From Marsupella aquatica (Eukaryota > Plantae > Marchantiophyta), in NCBI GenBank assembly GCA_973895155.1, contig OZ316894.1:23124709-23188708 (forward strand): 64,000 nucleotides of DNA, written 5' to 3'. The position numbers and the translations under genes were made by a program. Within the stretch, counting starts at the first letter, position 1; each line of letters opens with the position of its first letter. Shown one piece after another: positions 42,286 to 54,373 of the stretch. Below the pieces are notes generated by a model, which did no database searches, was not told where the DNA came from, and saw only the letters and a program-made list of their open reading frames with translations.

Positions 42286-43739
42286 TAAAGTTGCAGAAAA
42301 GTTACACGTGAAATGTTTTTTTCTTGAAGATAAGCTCCCATAATACTGAAGTTATGGGAGACACTTAGGGTGGTCTTGCATGTGCAAGAGTCCTGAAAAA
42401 GCGAAATACAATCAAGAAGAGCTTACGTGTGCCGTGCTTACTCAATCGCATTTACTTCTTTGTCTTTGGCACCGCAAACTGTACAGGGCAGGATCCGCTG
42501 CAGTTTTGTTTCATTCACAGTTCAAAGTTCGGGACCTCAAGGGCCGGAAAATTTTCGGCCCTTGCCCTTGCATATCCTCTAAAGCCGCCGTCACGACTGC
42601 CGGCCTGTCGTTGCATTTACAAATGACACGGGTTCAGTTTAGGGCCGGAACACAGAGGACTTGTCACATGCAAGACGGCCCTTAACCCCAGGCTTTGGTT
42701 GGTGCCCCCGAGTCCTTGTAAAGTTCAATCAATGACCTCCTCTCTTTCTTGCTGTGGTCCTGCTCCCTCGTCATTCCATGGGAAAGATGGTGGAATCACA
42801 AGGAGCAGCTCTCGCATGAGTGACAACTACCCTCCAAAATGCAGCAGCAAAGAAAACGCCCGGAGACCATGAAGCCATGAAGTATCTCAATGCGACACAC
42901 GGACGAATGGTATCCACGACAAGAGAGCGACCTAGCGAAGAGCTTTGTGCCGATCGCATGCACAATTGCACATAACCGAGGACACGACAGCGTCGTCGCC
43001 AACTGACACTTGTAGCTGAATGGTCGGACACAATTTTATTTGGATTTGTCCTCGAGTATGTGAAGATTCTCAGACTCCAATTCTGGCATTCTGCTGATTC
43101 AACCGGGCCCCACATCATGGCGCATTGGCGCATTTTCTACCATGCAGTTGCAAAGCGATTAGGAAAGAATTAGAGGCAGAACGAGATCCAGCAGAACTGA
43201 TTTGAAAGCAAGGAAGCGATCTCAGCAGGCTTAGAGGTCGTAAAATTGGACTACCCTGTACCTACCTGAGCTTCAATTTCAGTCGGTGGAGAGGTTGTAA
43301 GCTTGAGATCGTGGGTATGTACCTGACCTTCAAACTCTTTTTATGATTTCATTGAGGGTGAATTCGTGTGGAACACAGCGATCTCCGTCGGTGGATCTCC
43401 CCCGGTCCAAAATGTCAATGTCTTCGTGCGAACGTGGGCCCTGTTCTCGAGCGCGAATCAAAATGGGAATGATTGTGCCGACGTGCTTGTGCGAGAGGAA
43501 ACGTGCGTGTTGGAGAGACCAGCTCAAATATTATCTCCATCTTAGTCCTTCTTGTTAGAAATGACCAATTTTGACCATCCATCCCAAGCGAGCTTTCCGT
43601 TCCGCGCGAAGGGTTACAGGAATCCCTCCCCTGGAGCAAAGAACTTCTATATTATTTTAATTTTATTACTAATATAAGAAGCGAAGGAAAACCAAGACCG
43701 AGACGCACCTGAACTTGTCACTAACTTCGCTATTGCTGT

Positions 43740-44557
43740 CTTTCCGTTTCTTTGCTGCTCAATTATACACCTACAAGACTATCGGCCGCATCTCAAGCAC
43801 ATCAATATGAAGCTTGGGGTGAACCTGTATGCACATCAAACGACTCAAGGTTTTACTGTAGATTTTGCACCTGCTCCTTCACGGCAGAATGTTTTGTTTG
43901 CCTTCGAGCGATCCGTAGTACACTCTGTATGGATGATTAACTTGTACGGTCCTGTAGTTATAAAACCCTACGTCACAGCTCAGACATTGGACATCCTCTT
44001 CCGCCGTTATGCATTCTTCTCAATTTATTAATTACGAGAAACCCAATACACCATTGGCCATCTGCTGGCAAGTTTTGCTTTCGAGGCAGCAGGATGCAGG
44101 AAGTGGCAACAAGCAACAAGAATACAAAAGCCGTCAGTGGGGAGGCTCGATCTTCTCTACTGTATTTCCTTTCTTTGCTCCTCAATTAAACACCTCCACA
44201 CCTAGAATCGGGCACATTGAAGATGGAATCTGTCTACACATCAATGACTCGAGCTCTTACAGTACATTGTGCACCTGTTCCGATGCACGACAGAACGTTC
44301 TCTTTGCCTTCGAGCGATAAAATACACTTTGCAACTAGGGACGACTGAAGTATAGTTTCAAAATCCTCCGTGATCGCCAGAATGTTTGCCTTAGAGAGAC
44401 AAAATATGATAAAATAGTCTATAAGGATGATTGAAGAGTCGTTTTAAAACCCTACGTTACAGCTCAGACATTGGGCATCATTTTTCTGGCGAGTTTTGCT
44501 TCCGAGGTGCCAGGATGCAGGAAGCGCAACAAGAAGACAAAAGTCGTTAGTTGGGGA
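43740..44557. repeat. Diverged tandem duplication (~420 bp x2)
   Basis: Shared blocks ttctttgct(g/c)ctcaatta, tttgccttcgagcgat, aaaaccctacgt(c/t)acagctcagacattgg and caggatgcaggaag. Confidence 0.8.
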
Positions 44558-45909
44558 CGACGCCATTCTTGTGATTCTTGTGCGTCAAACTGGACAAGTC
44601 GTTGGTTCGACGACATAGCTCCTTTCGCACATTCTGTCGGGAGTTTTCACTTTGGTACGCTTTTGTTCGCTTCGGTACGCTTTCGGACCCCTTTTTCGCA
44701 TCTTGCCTTCGCGTCGCTTGCGTGGCGCAGACGTGGCGCATCTTCAGGATCGGTTCTCTGCCCGCCACGTTTCTCTTTCGCCCGACTTCACTGACCCAAG
44801 GACCCAACCTGGGTTAAAAGAGGTCTTTCCTCGCCTCAATTGACTCTTCGCCGGTCAGTCCTGTGGTAGCCTTGGTCAGTGGCATCCCGCCGACAGCCCT
44901 CCTTCCTGTCTGCCGGTTCGGTCCCGAGAAAGATGGACCGGGACTGTGAAAGATGGGGTGTACTCTAAATTTATTAGGGCCTCTCAATTCTTGGAGTTGT
45001 CTCAATTCTTGGAGTTGCAAGAAAAAAACGAGTCCTGGAAGCATCAGTTTAGGTCACGGTTCAGCAGTGTGCAAACACGGATTTTTATGTCCATCACTTT
45101 TTTCCTAGGAATCTGTCGTTTAATGTTTAATGTATGCCACTAATTTTCAGGTTGCCCTTGACCGAGGCCAGAGGCAAAACTTAGAAGATTGAGATGCCTT
45201 ATTATGGACCTTGGGCTATCGTCACTGGCCAGAACGGGTCTAACTTGGAGCTGTCCAATTATCTTTATGGACGGTCACGATATATTATTGTGGAAGAGTG
45301 TCAGCCCGAGGGTAATTCTATAATGGAGAATATCAGATGTGACCTGGTGTTTTTATTGTTGAAATTATATCTTTGTGAGTGTTTGTGACTGAACCTGATG
45401 ATGTGGCTCTGTGGATAAAGAAAAATAAATTCACAATAGGCGTATGGGCTACTGTAAGTTACTTGCAGGCTGACGGAACTCTAAAACAGCCTGGAACACT
45501 CCCCGAAAAGAGTCATGGTTGGCTGAACTATGTTGAGCTGTGTGATGGGGGACCCAAAATGTCCCCCAAGATATTTTTGTTTGTAACACATATGGACTCC
45601 ACTACCATGGTCTACAATACTGGACTGCAATACTGATTCACTTGTTCTAAAGAGTCAACAACCAACCCTATTCATATATTTTATATATATTAGTATTGAG
45701 ACAAGACCATAATGACTTACCTAGGAATAGGAAAGAGATTAAAAAACTTATTCCATTTGTCTTTTGTCTTTGTTTCATTCTTTCGTTTCTTTTTCTTTGT
45801 TCGTTCTTTTTATGTTGATGTCTTTTGTTTCTCTTCTTACTTTTTCCTTGGGAGAAGGGTGGGGATTATTATTTTTTCTTGGGAAAAGGATGTGATTAAG
45901 CACTTACAA

Positions 45910-46161
45910 CATTGTTTTCAAATTGAGTCTAATTCTCATCCATTACCAATAATACACCCTCTCACATAAGTGAACTAAATTGAATGTTGCCCATTGTTTT
46001 CAAATCGAGTCTAATTCTCATCCATTACCAATAATACAACCTCTCACATAAGTGAACTAAATTGAATGTTTCCCATTGTTTTCAACTTGAGTCTAATTCT
46101 CATCCATTACCAATAATACACCCTCTCACATAAGTGAACTAAATTGAATGTTTGCTCATTG
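45910..46161. repeat. 82-bp tandem repeat x3
   Basis: cattgttttcaa...gagtctaattctcatccattaccaataataca(c/a)cctctcacataagtgaactaaattgaatgtt at 45910, 45992 and 46074. Confidence 0.95.
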
Positions 46162-46627
46162 AATATTTGCTCTTCTAAGTTCAGCCTAAATTGTGACCAA
46201 ACTCTCTTTGGTCACGGGCCTAGTTATCGCTAACTTCAGCCTAATGTGACCGAACTCTTTTTGGTCACGGGCCTGGTTATCGGCAGCGTCCGGTAGGGGT
46301 AACCGGGAGCCGCCGGTGGCGAGGGCAGGGCAGGACCGACAGGCCTAACCCACGGTCAGGCAGTGAAAGCGAAAAGAGGTCGGGCCCACGCAGAGACGGA
46401 CGTTTCAGGTTTTCAGTCTTGGCGACGCAGACGAGGCCACGAGCGCAGCAAAGCGCACCCAAAAGCGAGTTCTGTTTCTTCCCTCCAAACCCACCTACTC
46501 GACACATTTACTCCGGCCTTTCAATTCCCACCTTCTCCTCCTCCGCGTGCTCGCGTGCCATCGCTTTGCGACCTTCTCAGTTCTCATCACTCGCTTCTGT
46601 ACTGTCAAAATCAGTTCTCTGCTTTTC

Positions 46628-46741
46628 TGTACTGAATGCATGAGGTTGCGTCCTCTTTTGGGTCAGCTAGCTGCTCTCTGCTTTGCTGTACTACTGAATG
46701 CATGAGGGTTGCGTCCTCTTTTGGGTCAGCTAGGTGCTCTC
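46628..46741. repeat. Tandem duplication (~62 bp x2) upstream of SEP2
   Basis: tactgaatgcatgag(g)gttgcgtcctcttttgggtcagctag occurs twice, with a partial third copy at ~46876. Confidence 0.8.
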
Positions 46742-47249
46742 GTTGTTCGTCCCGATCTTGGAATCCGGAATTGAATCATTTTTGTGTCATTCGGTCGCCT
46801 CCACCTTCAATTCCGTGCAGCGAGGAAAATTTGGGCACACCACTGTGAAGTGCAACCGTTTGGATTGAATTGTAGAGGTTGTTGCGTCCTCTCCTGGGTC
46901 AGAAAGACGGTGTGCGTCCCGAGCTTGAATATCCGAAATTGGCCGGTTCTCTCCGAAACACTCCGTTGGGTGGTCGCCAGGTTGCGGTGGTTCAGTTTAG
47001 CTCTTGTGGATTGATGATTGTGGGTGGTTTCAGTTTGGGATTGTCGATGTGACTGCGGCTTACCTTGGAGTACGATAGTTCGATTCTTGCAGCTTGTACG
47101 GAAGATCTGGATCTGGGAAACGGGACAGGAATAGTTTGGGAGCGCAGTTGGAGTTTGTTGTGCTTGATCTGGGAACTTTGTAAAGAGTTTCAGCGGAAAA
47201 CTTTGTTCTTAGAGGAGTAGCGGAGCTTTTGAGAGTGCGTGCTACATTC

Positions 47250-48697
47250 ATGGCGTTAGTTAGTTTGCAATCCGCCTTGCCGAGGATCGGAGGTGGAGTT
47301 GGATCCCTACCGGAGCTGAGGCGATCTGAGTGCCCCTGTTCGTCCTTCTTGTCTGGCAATTCGGTTCACAGCAGGATTTTGAGACGGAGGATTTCCGCGG
47401 TTGGTGTGTCTTCGTCGTCATGCAAGGGAAGTCAGGTTGTTGTTGTCTCTCAGCTTCAAGATGAGGACAGCTCAAAGAAGAAATCCAGGGTGTTCAAATC
47501 GATGAAAGATGCAGTGGAGAGGCGAGAAGCTGAAGTTGCTGCTGCGGCGATCGCGTCTTTCGATGCGGCTGATATTGCCAGAGCGATTGCGGATGCTGAG
47601 TTGCTTGCGAGAGCGGGCAGCAGAGGAGGAGGAAGGGCTTTGCAACCTCCTCGATTTGCAACGCTGAGGGCGTTTGGATCTGCCGGCGGGCAAGGGGTGG
47701 TCGCTAGAGGATTCGAGGGAACCTCTGTGTTTGAGCTCATTGCCGCGAATATTGAAGCGACTAAGCAAGTGAAGAATTGGGAAGTGCTGTCGGGACGGCT
47801 GGCCATGGTAAGCTATTTTGTACCTTGTTTGTCGAAGCTGATCTGGAGAGTTCAAGTGCTCGTTTCTTCTCCAGATGAGCAAATAAGGGGCCTATGGGTC
47901 TTCTCTTTTTCGGAACATTACGCACAATCATGACTTCGTCCATGCATTTTGTACCCAATTAACGATCCAAATGACATCATTTAGTGCCTGTGGAGTCTAA
48001 GAATGAACGGGGTTGTTCAAAATATGCGATGTCGATAGCTTGATTTAGCTCGTAGATGGATAGCTTCATTTAGATGTAACGAAGGAACTTGAAGTCCATA
48101 ATTCCGTTCTTCGCTATTTATCGGCTATCGATACCATCGGTTTGAACCCATCTTGCAAATTGATTGTAAGGAGTGAAGTGAGTGGATTTAGCCGTTCGGT
48201 GTGTGATGCTGGTTTCTTGGTATTGGGCTGTCGTTTATAGTATCGACCACAGCCCTTGTGTACTCGTTTTTATCCGTGTCCTGGACTGTGGGCGAGAGAG
48301 GTGTGCTGGATACACTCGTTCAAAATAGAACGCGGAGGCAAGATATGTTCTTCTCTGTCACTAGAGTTGTATCCCAGTTTAAGCGTGTTGTTGGGGTGGG
48401 CACAAGCTCATGAACAGCGCTTTTGACGGAAATTTGTTTGTTTGGTAACAGCTAGCAATATCAGTTGCGTTGGGAGTGGAGCTGTTAACTGGAAACAGTG
48501 TATTCAAGGGCATCGACATACCGAAGTTGGAGGCGGTGGCGGCTTTGTGTGCAGTTGCAACTCTGTCTGCAGGAGGATTTGCTTTTGCATGGCGGGCCAA
48601 GTCTGATGTAGTGGGCTTAATGTCCAAGGGTTACAAGAACATGGTCGAGTCCGCTCTTGATAATCTTATCGATGGGCTTTTCTTTGACGAAGCTTAA
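47250..48697 (+). CDS. SEP2: Stress-enhanced protein 2 (two-helix LHC-like/LIL protein), chloroplastic; 2 coding exons
   Basis: Exons 47250-47807 and 48452-48697. Spliced LHC motif WEVLSGRLAM|LAISVALGVELLTGNSVFKGID, a second hydrophobic helix, and C-terminal LDNLIDGLFFDEA resembling the SEP2 C-terminus. The N-terminus resembles a transit peptide. Confidence 0.85.
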
Positions 48698-48935
48698 ATC
48701 ACCGGGCAAGGTCTGTCTTCCCATATTGTCATCAAGTAGATACAGGAGATACGCAAAATTATTATAGTGAGCTGGCATCCCTGCTCGCGAGGAATATTTC
48801 AGAGCTGGGCAATGAAGACTCGAGGCACCAGCCGTCTGCACCTGATTCTCAGGTCGATGAACCCCGATGAAGATTTTAATCGTAGGGGAGTTCCACAATT
48901 AATCAAGCGTAGGCAATGGCACTCACATTTTGATT

Positions 48936-49058
48936 GTAGGTACGGTGATGTGGTTGGTAGCAATTGTTGCCCACAGAAGAGAAATGCTTCGATCTGAAGC
49001 GAATGTAATGTAGATACGGTCATGTGGTTGGTAGAAATTATTGCCCACAGAAGAGATG
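48936..49058. repeat. Tandem duplication (~73 bp period) downstream of SEP2
   Basis: tgtag(g/a)tacggt(g/c)atgtggttggtag..att.ttgcccacagaagaga occurs twice. Confidence 0.8.
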
Positions 49059-52000
49059 TTTAGTTCCCAAGCGATGTATCATAGTGACGGATCGAGAATA
49101 CTGCCCCTGACGATACGTTATCACTGAAACACCTGATAAAAGTGTCGTGTTTCGGGGCTAGAATCCATTGTAAATAGTAGATTTCTTCACAAATGTGTTA
49201 CAAGTATACCAGGAAAATTGGTACTTACACCAGATGATTCTTAGTACAGCCTATATTAGATACTTAGGCACATTCATGCATGCAGGTTATGCCTGGCAAT
49301 ACCCGGTTAGTCGGCTAGATTCGTGAAGGCTAGGCAGCAGAGGGTGAAATTCAAAGTCAGGGATGTCGCACTTTTACTCACTTGTGGGCATCTTGTACAT
49401 ACTTCTGTAAATACGGAGTTTTTTGCAGGTAAGAGAATTCTGATCAACGTTGCGTCACTGCAGTAGTCAAGTGAGCTCTGGTTTGTTTTATTCAGAGTGC
49501 AGTCACTTCTATTAATTGAAGTATGTATGAAAGGTGTTGCTTTCCACAAGGGCGGCAAACCTTTATGTGAGATTGGAATACAGTGAACAAAGCATGGGTG
49601 CTGTGAAATCCGACGTACTAGCCTTCTTCCTCTGCTTTGGTGACGTCATATGCTTGTGACCGCCAAGCCCCACTTTTCGATTGTCCGAGTGTTACCCGCC
49701 AGCCATTTGCAGACTAAGTCAGCTTTCTGTACCTGAAGTATCATGTCGAGTACGTTGTGTACTTCAACAGCGAACTTTCTTTCGTAGCTCAGAACAGGAG
49801 CATTCAGTGACAGTAAGTGACCCGTCTCTGAGAGACCTGGACTGCAAATGATTGAGGACTTGGAATAACCCTTGGCAAACTGGGGGCTTAAGCTTCTTGG
49901 AACTTGAGATAAATGATCGTGTGGTGGATATGCACTTTGTCTGCCCAACAATGAGCGACACTATACACAGGCAGATTCTCAGAAAGGTGAATGCATCCAG
50001 TTGAGAAATCAGCTTGTATGAATCAAGTAGTAGTGTCATAATCTCAGTCAAAATCTGCAGAAATCAAGGTTAGTGATGAGACTTATGAAACCACAGATTC
50101 CGTTAACAAAGCCAGTCACATCTACTGGTAGCAACTGGAAAACTGAGACCAGCCAGTTGTGGCTAGTTAACGTTCATCCTGTACCAAACTGTTAGGAGAC
50201 ATGGCCCACAAGTTGTAAACTTGCCTGATGAGAGGGAGAGATTAAACTGCCTTGCGTGGAGTTACTGGCAGACTGGGTTAATTTTTTTCGTTTGAGGTTA
50301 GTATAGCTTAGTCTTAGATCTGAGAACACTAGTACAGTCGATCGTATAGAAAAGAATCCTCCTTTTCACAACGAACCTTATTAGAAGCAAAATTAAAAAC
50401 AGCGCATAAACCCTTTAACGCCAAATGTTGCCAACGTGAATGCCACCCTCGAGTTTAAGGGCATACCATACAATGCAAGGGAAGTTAATGTCGAAAGTTG
50501 AGCTATTTGAGGCCCTCAAAGTAACACATGAATGCTGATATTTGTGTATTGTTATTTGGGACTCTTTCTTGACTAATCGATGGGAGGTAACAAATAAGAG
50601 GTAATAAATGTATGTTACCTCCGATTGATTAGTCAAGATCGATGTAGTCTTTCCGGAGTACGTTTACCTTCACTAATAACTTGAGGTCCAAACCTAGTTG
50701 CGAGATCCCCACGGGACAATTTAGCTAGATAATTAAAGTCTTGTACATGATCGATACGATTGGAAACAAATACAGGTACAAACAGCTAGACCCCGGCTAA
50801 CTGCGTAGCTAGCTCTGTCCAAGGTTTCAATACGGCTGAAAGTTTCAATAAATTTGGGAGCTATTGTACCCCGGAGGACGAAAACTCAGTGATGGAATCA
50901 GGTGAAATGTATCCACATCAGTGATTATGATTACAACAAGAAGAGTCTCTTGTCAGGTCTACGTTAACTCGCGGCCAGTTGTAGGCGCTTTAGTGCAAGA
51001 GTGATCCCCCAAGTCACATAGCAAGTATATTACATTCTGCTGTAAGCTCGACATCGCAAAAGCTGTCGACCAACTGGACTATCATGGCCAAATTGAAAAG
51101 ACTCACGCAGAATTGCAATCTGAGAGACAATAAACAGCTCCTCCTCAACTCTGACCGTTAATTCGCGCATTCTAGCAGGTCCATTGTGCACCATGGAGCT
51201 CTGGCCTATTGTCTTTGCAATTTACAATACCTAGCCTTTTCCGTAGGCTACCTCACCGAAAGGCTCGAAAGGAGAATCCGTGAGAATTAGAGGCCCTATC
51301 ATCAACTTTCTGACTGTCCAGTTAGTCTATGCCAGCGCAGTTCATCAGAAATTGAGACTCAGCGTGAATGCGTTGTCTAGGATGATGCATGTATTGTCTA
51401 GAATGATGCGAACAGTAAACTACCTCGGGAAGAACTCTATCATCCACGCGTACTTTACAGCATGCATAGACTTCCATAGTCCGGAAGTCGTCTCCGTTAA
51501 TCTACCGTCCAAAATCTGCAAGTTGGATATATTAGTTGAGGAGGCTGAATGACCGAGGGATATCTTACGGGGACTCAGTTTATACCTGTCAGGATTTCTA
51601 CCTAATTAATGTCTGACCAGGGGTCTGACACTAAAACAATGTCTTCGCAACAGACCAGTGCCTATCGCCTGGGGATCGGATTTGCTTCAAAATACACTCC
51701 TAGGCCGATTTGAAATTAAATTTATGGCCTGTGTCGACGAGATTACTCCTAGTAAAAGCTGGCGAAAATCAGCTCATTTGTTTTTTAGCTAGGCAAGTAA
51801 CAATGATTATGAACAAGAATATCGCGCTGGACATCCTAAGATCTCGCCCCGTAAGGATGAGTTTGCACAATTCTGCAGCGAGAACAGGCCGGGCCCATAT
51901 ATAGCATTGGTCGATACGGAGTTAAATATACTGATGAGAACAACCACTTTATTGCTTCAATCTTTCGGACAATAAACAGGAGTTCTTTGGAGAAATTTGA

Positions 52001-52469
52001 GCTTCAAAGAATCTCTCAATAATGTTGGCAGAAGAACTTCAATCGCGTCTTCAGAGCTTAATAACTAGTATGAAAAGAGAGTATGAATGCAATAGGATAA
52101 CAGGAGAGGTATAATCGCTTGCACGTACTGGATCTACTTGAGCGAATTCGATACTGTCATGCATGCTTATGAGTTGGTCTGTAATATGTTGGCGCCTTGA
52201 CGACAGCAACTGGTAAATATTCAACACATGGTTGAAAATATATTTAATACACCTGCCAGACAGCGGGCGCCTTTTCGCTGTACACGCCTCGTCTGTTATG
52301 CAAGGTCCTTGTATGTATATCTAACCCTCCATTAGCTCCAAACATCTAACAATGTCATTGTTGCTCTTCGCAATCTGAGAAGAGAGAACCAGGCCTAGTA
52401 ATCATGGGCCCTTCAAACACAGTCGTGTCCAGGCGAGTGTTCAGGATCACTCTGCACCTCGAGCTACGG

Positions 52470-54373
52470 TCAGAAAAAGTTGTTATTCGCTTCGTAGGTC
52501 TGATAGAAACCCCAGTTGCTGGGGGTGACGTTATTAAACTCTATGGTGCTACCACGGCCGAGAGTGACACGGTAGCAGAGTGCTTTGCCGACAAGTTCTG
52601 AATGTCCACTAGCTTCCCAGTTCACACCCCAGTTCTGAGTGGTGGAGTACCAGTTGGTGCTATATGCTCTGATGGCAACAGCACTGACGTCTCCACCGCC
52701 TCCTACATTGGTGATCAGTGTAAGAATGAACCATGGGTTTCCTTGAACGGTGAATTTAACTCCTCCCTGTCTGTTGCACGATACCCTGCACATATATACA
52801 AATTCAGTATCGTCATCTGCTGGTTACTGCCAGGGAAAAGTTTAGTACATAATTCAAGAGTAAAAAATGTAGTTAGTCAGTACAAGCAAAACATGTGGGA
52901 CATCACTGAGTGTCTAACCATTCCTCTGCAGCTCTTACCCGAGCAGGTGCTCAGGGCAGATTTGAGAGGAATGTAATAAAAAAGTAAGCGATCGCCAGTA
53001 TATCAATTCTAGCGGCGTAGTTCTTACGTACATACTTTACTCGACCACTATAAACATCTAAAGATCGGGCAAAAGATGCAACTGATGCTAGGCGGTACTT
53101 TCTGGGGGTCAACATATCAGTTCATCTTGGCAGATGCTACATAACAATTAGTTAATTAGGTACCGTTCATATATCCCTGGACCATCTTCAGAATTCAAAA
53201 GCTTTCAATATCCAAACACAAAGGTGCTGAAGGCAAAGGAGCATCCGAGGGAGCATAAAAACGATGGACCATCTGTTCAAAGGTGTCTACAGATGTGTCG
53301 AAACCGAATGACTACGGTATAAATATGTGCACCATAGACGATGTCAGATCCATCGGGAGAGAATCGGTCAAAGAAGTGAGTTGGGTCGCACTGGGTTAGA
53401 TATGATAAGCAAGTATTAGTACACACCTTCGATACTGGACAGGAATAACTCCCCCTACAGCTCGGGCCAGCTGGGTGAACATCGGGTAAGCTAAATCGAA
53501 ATGGAGCTTGGGAGGATCGCACCAACCACCATAGGACCCAGGTGGGCACTGGTTTGTAGCAGTCACCGTGATGCTTTTACCAGGATAGCACCAATTGGTC
53601 TGAGAAGTCAGGCACTCGATTTGAAAGCAGGCACCACAGGAGAGGCCATTGTTGAACAAACCATTGCTCAGAGCTGCGGTCGTAGTTCCATAGCCCATCG
53701 AGTACAGGTTACCATATCCGCATGAGCCACCTGAAGGCACGCCAGGCCCAAATGTGGGTGAATATTCTCCCATGCTGGAGGCTATACAAGCAAATACTTG
53801 AGCAGCAAGCGTCTAGAGTGCAAATCCTTCACATCGGAAAGCAAAACTGGCCCTTCCCCACCATGCATGACCACCGGCCCTGGCATATCTGAACGTCGAC
53901 TTCAACGATATTTGAAGCTCAGGCATATATTGGTAAAATCTACAAGTACAATATGTAGATCATAGAACAGCAAAACCGAGGTAGTACCATTTGTTACCAA
54001 TTCTCACTCTAAACAATCTGACAGTAGCCAGACTGATCCTCGCTTATGTCAAATTTCCACTATAACATTTTTGTGCGATATGCAGCTCAAATTTGTTTGA
54101 GTATGATTTCCTTCAAAGTACAACAGGCGACAATAATATAATATCCGGTGCAAGAGTCAAAGCAAAGCGGGACGAATTGCATCAATATTTACCCATGGTG
54201 CCAGAGGCATCCGTTCCCCCGTAAAAAGTGGCATGTGCAGTAGTCCAAGATGTTGTGGACCAAGCTGTTTCACCTGCGGCGGCTGCGATCGAGCAAACCA
54301 GCAACAAAACGCTCAAGCATGCTCGCCCATGCTTCAATTGAACACCTCTGATGGTTGCCATCCCGGTTGCCAT
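52470..54373 (-). CDS. EXPA: Alpha-expansin (EXPA); 3 coding exons
   Basis: Exons 54373-54193, 53730-53427 and 52785-52470. Signal peptide, [67 protein letters not shown], and the Trp-rich C-terminal domain (NWGVNW). Confidence 0.95.

Larger units (their letters stand above)
43646..46276 (+). mobile_element. Candidate non-autonomous Helitron-like element
   Basis: 5' TCTATATT...TACTAATATAAGAAGCGAAG. 3' hairpin GTGACCA-N9-TGGTCAC followed by GGGC-CTAG-T (46220-46224), duplicated with CTGG-T (46273-46277). Contains internal tandem repeats. The base before the 5' TC is T rather than the canonical A. Confidence 0.4.

Noticed and set aside
42380-43640. Several 60-120 aa ORFs as a hidden gene
   Set aside because: No consistent exon chain or recognisable domain on either strand.
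45910-46161. CRISPR-like array
   Set aside because: The units are contiguous near-identical 82-mers with no unique spacers, the context is eukaryotic, and no cas genes are present.
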